NCBI RefSeq assembly: GCF_001186125.1
Contig: NW_014039971.1
Location: 6,605-57,955, forward strand
Direction of reading: 5' to 3'
DNA from: Sphaeroforma arctica JP610
Lineage: Eukaryota
DNA: 51,351 nucleotides
Shown: positions 50,601-51,351 of the stretch, piece after piece
Layout: the number at the start of each line of letters is the position of its first letter
Numbering within the stretch: position 1 is the stretch's first letter
Position numbers and translations under genes: made by a program
Notes under the pieces: generated by a model
Told to the model about the DNA's origin: nothing
Databases searched by the model: none
Seen by the model: the letters and a program-made list of their open reading frames with translations, nothing else

Positions 50601-50913
50601 TTGGGCTGAGCAATGATACCATAATGCACACAAGATTTACTGAGGTCAGGCGCTAATTAACAACCCGAGGAAAGGCATATAAAAACCACAAAGTACGTGT
50701 GTTTCATGGACAATATTATCTATTGAAAACTTGATCATTTAAAGATGTCGCCCCTCCATCAGTCATACTTTTAGCGCTCCAAAACTGCATGCACATACTT
50801 TGCTCCGCATCAGAGAGTGCTGCAATGATTTTGTGCAGCAGCGAGCAGCGAGTACTCGGTGTAGAGAAAAGGAACTCGCCCGTATAGGCCTCGATCAGTT
50901 CCGGCAGTGACAT
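15898..50913 (-). CDS. GCN1: Translational activator GCN1 (HEAT-repeat eIF2-alpha kinase GCN2 activator), at least 43 exons, ~2600 aa
   Basis: Exons 5'->3': 50913-50799, 50126-50021, 49765-49691, 48906-48789, 48065-47844, 47070-47002, 45715-45607, 44614-44493, 43578-43347, 42864-42535, 42324-41993, 41744-41609, 41333-41212, 40485-40305, 39599-39543, 39195-39074, 37928-37803, 36407-36218, 35626-35469, 35146-35015, 34590-33355, 32664-32542, 31778-31641, 31285-31126, 30431-30265, 29760-29584, 28975-28832, 28431-28281, 27879-27641, 26905-26701, 25643-25439, 25035-24874, 24036-23906, 23420-23339, 22571-22499, [gap], 20809-20663, 20047-19871, 19516-19437, 19097-18955, 18144-17961, 17296-17125, 16642-16499, 15942-15898 (TAG). 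Diagnostic GCN1 motifs: [118 protein letters not shown]. Start codon uncertain. Confidence 0.95.
18117..18455. repeat. ~120-bp unit x3 containing the acceptor and 5' end of GCN1 exon 18144-17961
   Basis: acacccagtggtaggggatagggcagctgcacag...gtgagtggatgcggt repeated with periods 120 and 122. Confidence 0.95.
20140..20355. repeat. (TA)n microsatellite
   Basis: Direct reading. Confidence 0.95.
21099..21746. other. Assembly gap (N run) inside GCN1, probably hiding coding exons
   Basis: Run of N; the spliced protein jumps from DTYDIE to ITGPLIR, skipping a segment that GCN1 homologues have. Confidence 0.95.
21747..21890. repeat. G-rich short tandem repeat next to the gap
   Basis: agattgtgggttaggtggttgg-like unit, about 5 copies. 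Confidence 0.8.
22560..22875. repeat. ~68-bp unit x4-5 overlapping the acceptor of GCN1 exon 22571-22499
   Basis: ccttgtgatgtctgtgtgag...gaaagcaattacgcgtgtatgtaggtatatg repeated. Confidence 0.92.
23168..23330. repeat. Two-copy degenerate duplication directly after a GCN1 donor
   Basis: gcacaagcctatgc...gcaatcactag.tgagagt.cat.tatctagatagac occurs twice. Confidence 0.8.
23549..23884. repeat. Minisatellite, 58-bp unit x~6
   Basis: cactgcgaggtgtatatagtccataacaagtggtgctatgcgtatatctactacggaa. Confidence 0.95.
25782..26112. repeat. Minisatellite, 66-bp unit x5
   Basis: ccaggttgtctttgagatggaggtagtagagggtcagggcaatgcttgcatgtatatgggatggta; it generates the 22-aa repeat ORFs in the track. Confidence 0.97.
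26473..26600. repeat. Minisatellite, 28-bp unit x~4.5
   Basis: ataaaccgcgcaccttgctcaaccgttt. Confidence 0.9.
27146..27410. repeat. ~13-bp degenerate tandem repeat
   Basis: tacaaaggtactt variants. Confidence 0.9.
27479..27658. repeat. 90-bp tandem duplication spanning a GCN1 exon end and donor
   Basis: ccctaaacaagtaacaacactgaataagta...acctggcgaaccaatggcg occurs twice (ctaaac at 27481 and 27571). Confidence 0.95.
33355..34590 (-). CDS. GCN1: GCN1 exon 21, single large 1236-nt exon encoding central HEAT repeats
   Basis: Core of ORF 33343..34824, bounded by tacag|GCG and GAG|gtgtgt; 412 codons from AVDSLVLVG to VAFGDNDE. Confidence 0.95.
36083..36207. repeat. (CACAA)n-like degenerate microsatellite
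   Basis: Direct reading. Confidence 0.85.
36447..36975. repeat. Minisatellite, 29-bp unit x~18
   Basis: cctatagataaactgcgatggaccacgag repeated head-to-tail with no spacers. Confidence 0.97.
37395..37792. repeat. Compound (TA)n/(CA)n/(TG)n microsatellite with an internal duplication
   Basis: Direct reading; taataccccgtaca.aatcacaatcacactcacactcacgctcacacaatcc occurs twice. Confidence 0.9.
38310..39063. repeat. Pentanucleotide satellite (TACTG/TATTG/TGTTG)n, ~750 bp
   Basis: Direct reading; source of the CIVLY-repeat pseudo-ORFs. Confidence 0.98.
39489..39552. repeat. 23-bp triplication of a GCN1 exon end and donor
   Basis: gtgcgtacctgttttctt unit at 39489, 39512 (variant) and 39535. Confidence 0.9.
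41568..41625. repeat. Perfect 29-bp tandem duplication of a GCN1 exon end and donor
   Basis: ttgttatcttacctactcggggatgattg x2. Confidence 0.95.
45218..45560. repeat. Minisatellite, 35-bp unit x~10
   Basis: cagacactctactgccaacgtactcatacttcata at 45251, 45286, 45321 and onward. Confidence 0.96.
46626..46930. repeat. Minisatellite, ~40-50-bp unit x~6
   Basis: aaagacagtacactccacacagatgtttcaaaacaacccccaagagaaat. Confidence 0.92.
47416..47664. repeat. (TA)n/(TATG)n/(TAGA)n microsatellite
   Basis: Direct reading. Confidence 0.95.
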
Positions 50914-51351
50914 GGATTCCGCACCAACATCCTGTATGAGTTCCAAAACGACAACAAGAAATGTGAGTACTTCCCAGGTATCCCGACTCTCGAGCAGACA
51001 GAAAAATGGACAAACATTTACACCAACCAGCACAAATCTTTGAGCAAACTTACAATTCTTGAATCAAGTGATTGTCATTTGACGCAAACACGAAGACAGT
51101 GAGGATAATATAAGCTCACACTGATATGAAAAGATTGAAAGAAATCAAAACAATTGGTACTAGAAGTAGGGAAGCCTGACATGGCTTCCGATCAACTTCC
51201 CCAGCCGAATTTAACCCAAGAGTGCATATCACCGACCACACAGTTCGCAACAATCAAAACATAATCCACTTAAAATATGTATACAATAAATTGTGCGTGT
51301 AAACCTATAAATATACATAGTACAATAGTAAATATATATACATATATATAT

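Overview
Eukaryotic, intron-rich genomic scaffold with two assembly gaps and many microsatellites; the style suggests a unicellular opisthokont or holozoan protist, but that is only an inference. Two convergent multi-exon genes fill almost the whole window, and I rebuilt both by hand with consistent splice phases. NDC80/HEC1 (kinetochore) is on + at 1170-14466, with 16 exons and about 656 aa. GCN1 (HEAT-repeat activator of the eIF2-alpha kinase GCN2) is on - at about 50913-15898, with 43 visible exons and 2513 codons, plus roughly 120 aa missing at the N gap 21099-21746. Nearly all short ORFs in the supplied track are exon fragments or repeat artefacts. I found no prokaryotic-type system, CRISPR array, recognisable RNA gene or intact transposon. 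The most unusual signal is architectural: many introns carry their own private minisatellite, and several tandem duplications sit directly on splice donors, splice acceptors or the GCN1 poly(A) signal. These leave decoy splice sites and older diverged 'ghost' copies of exon ends inside introns. One GC-AG intron is well supported by reading frame.
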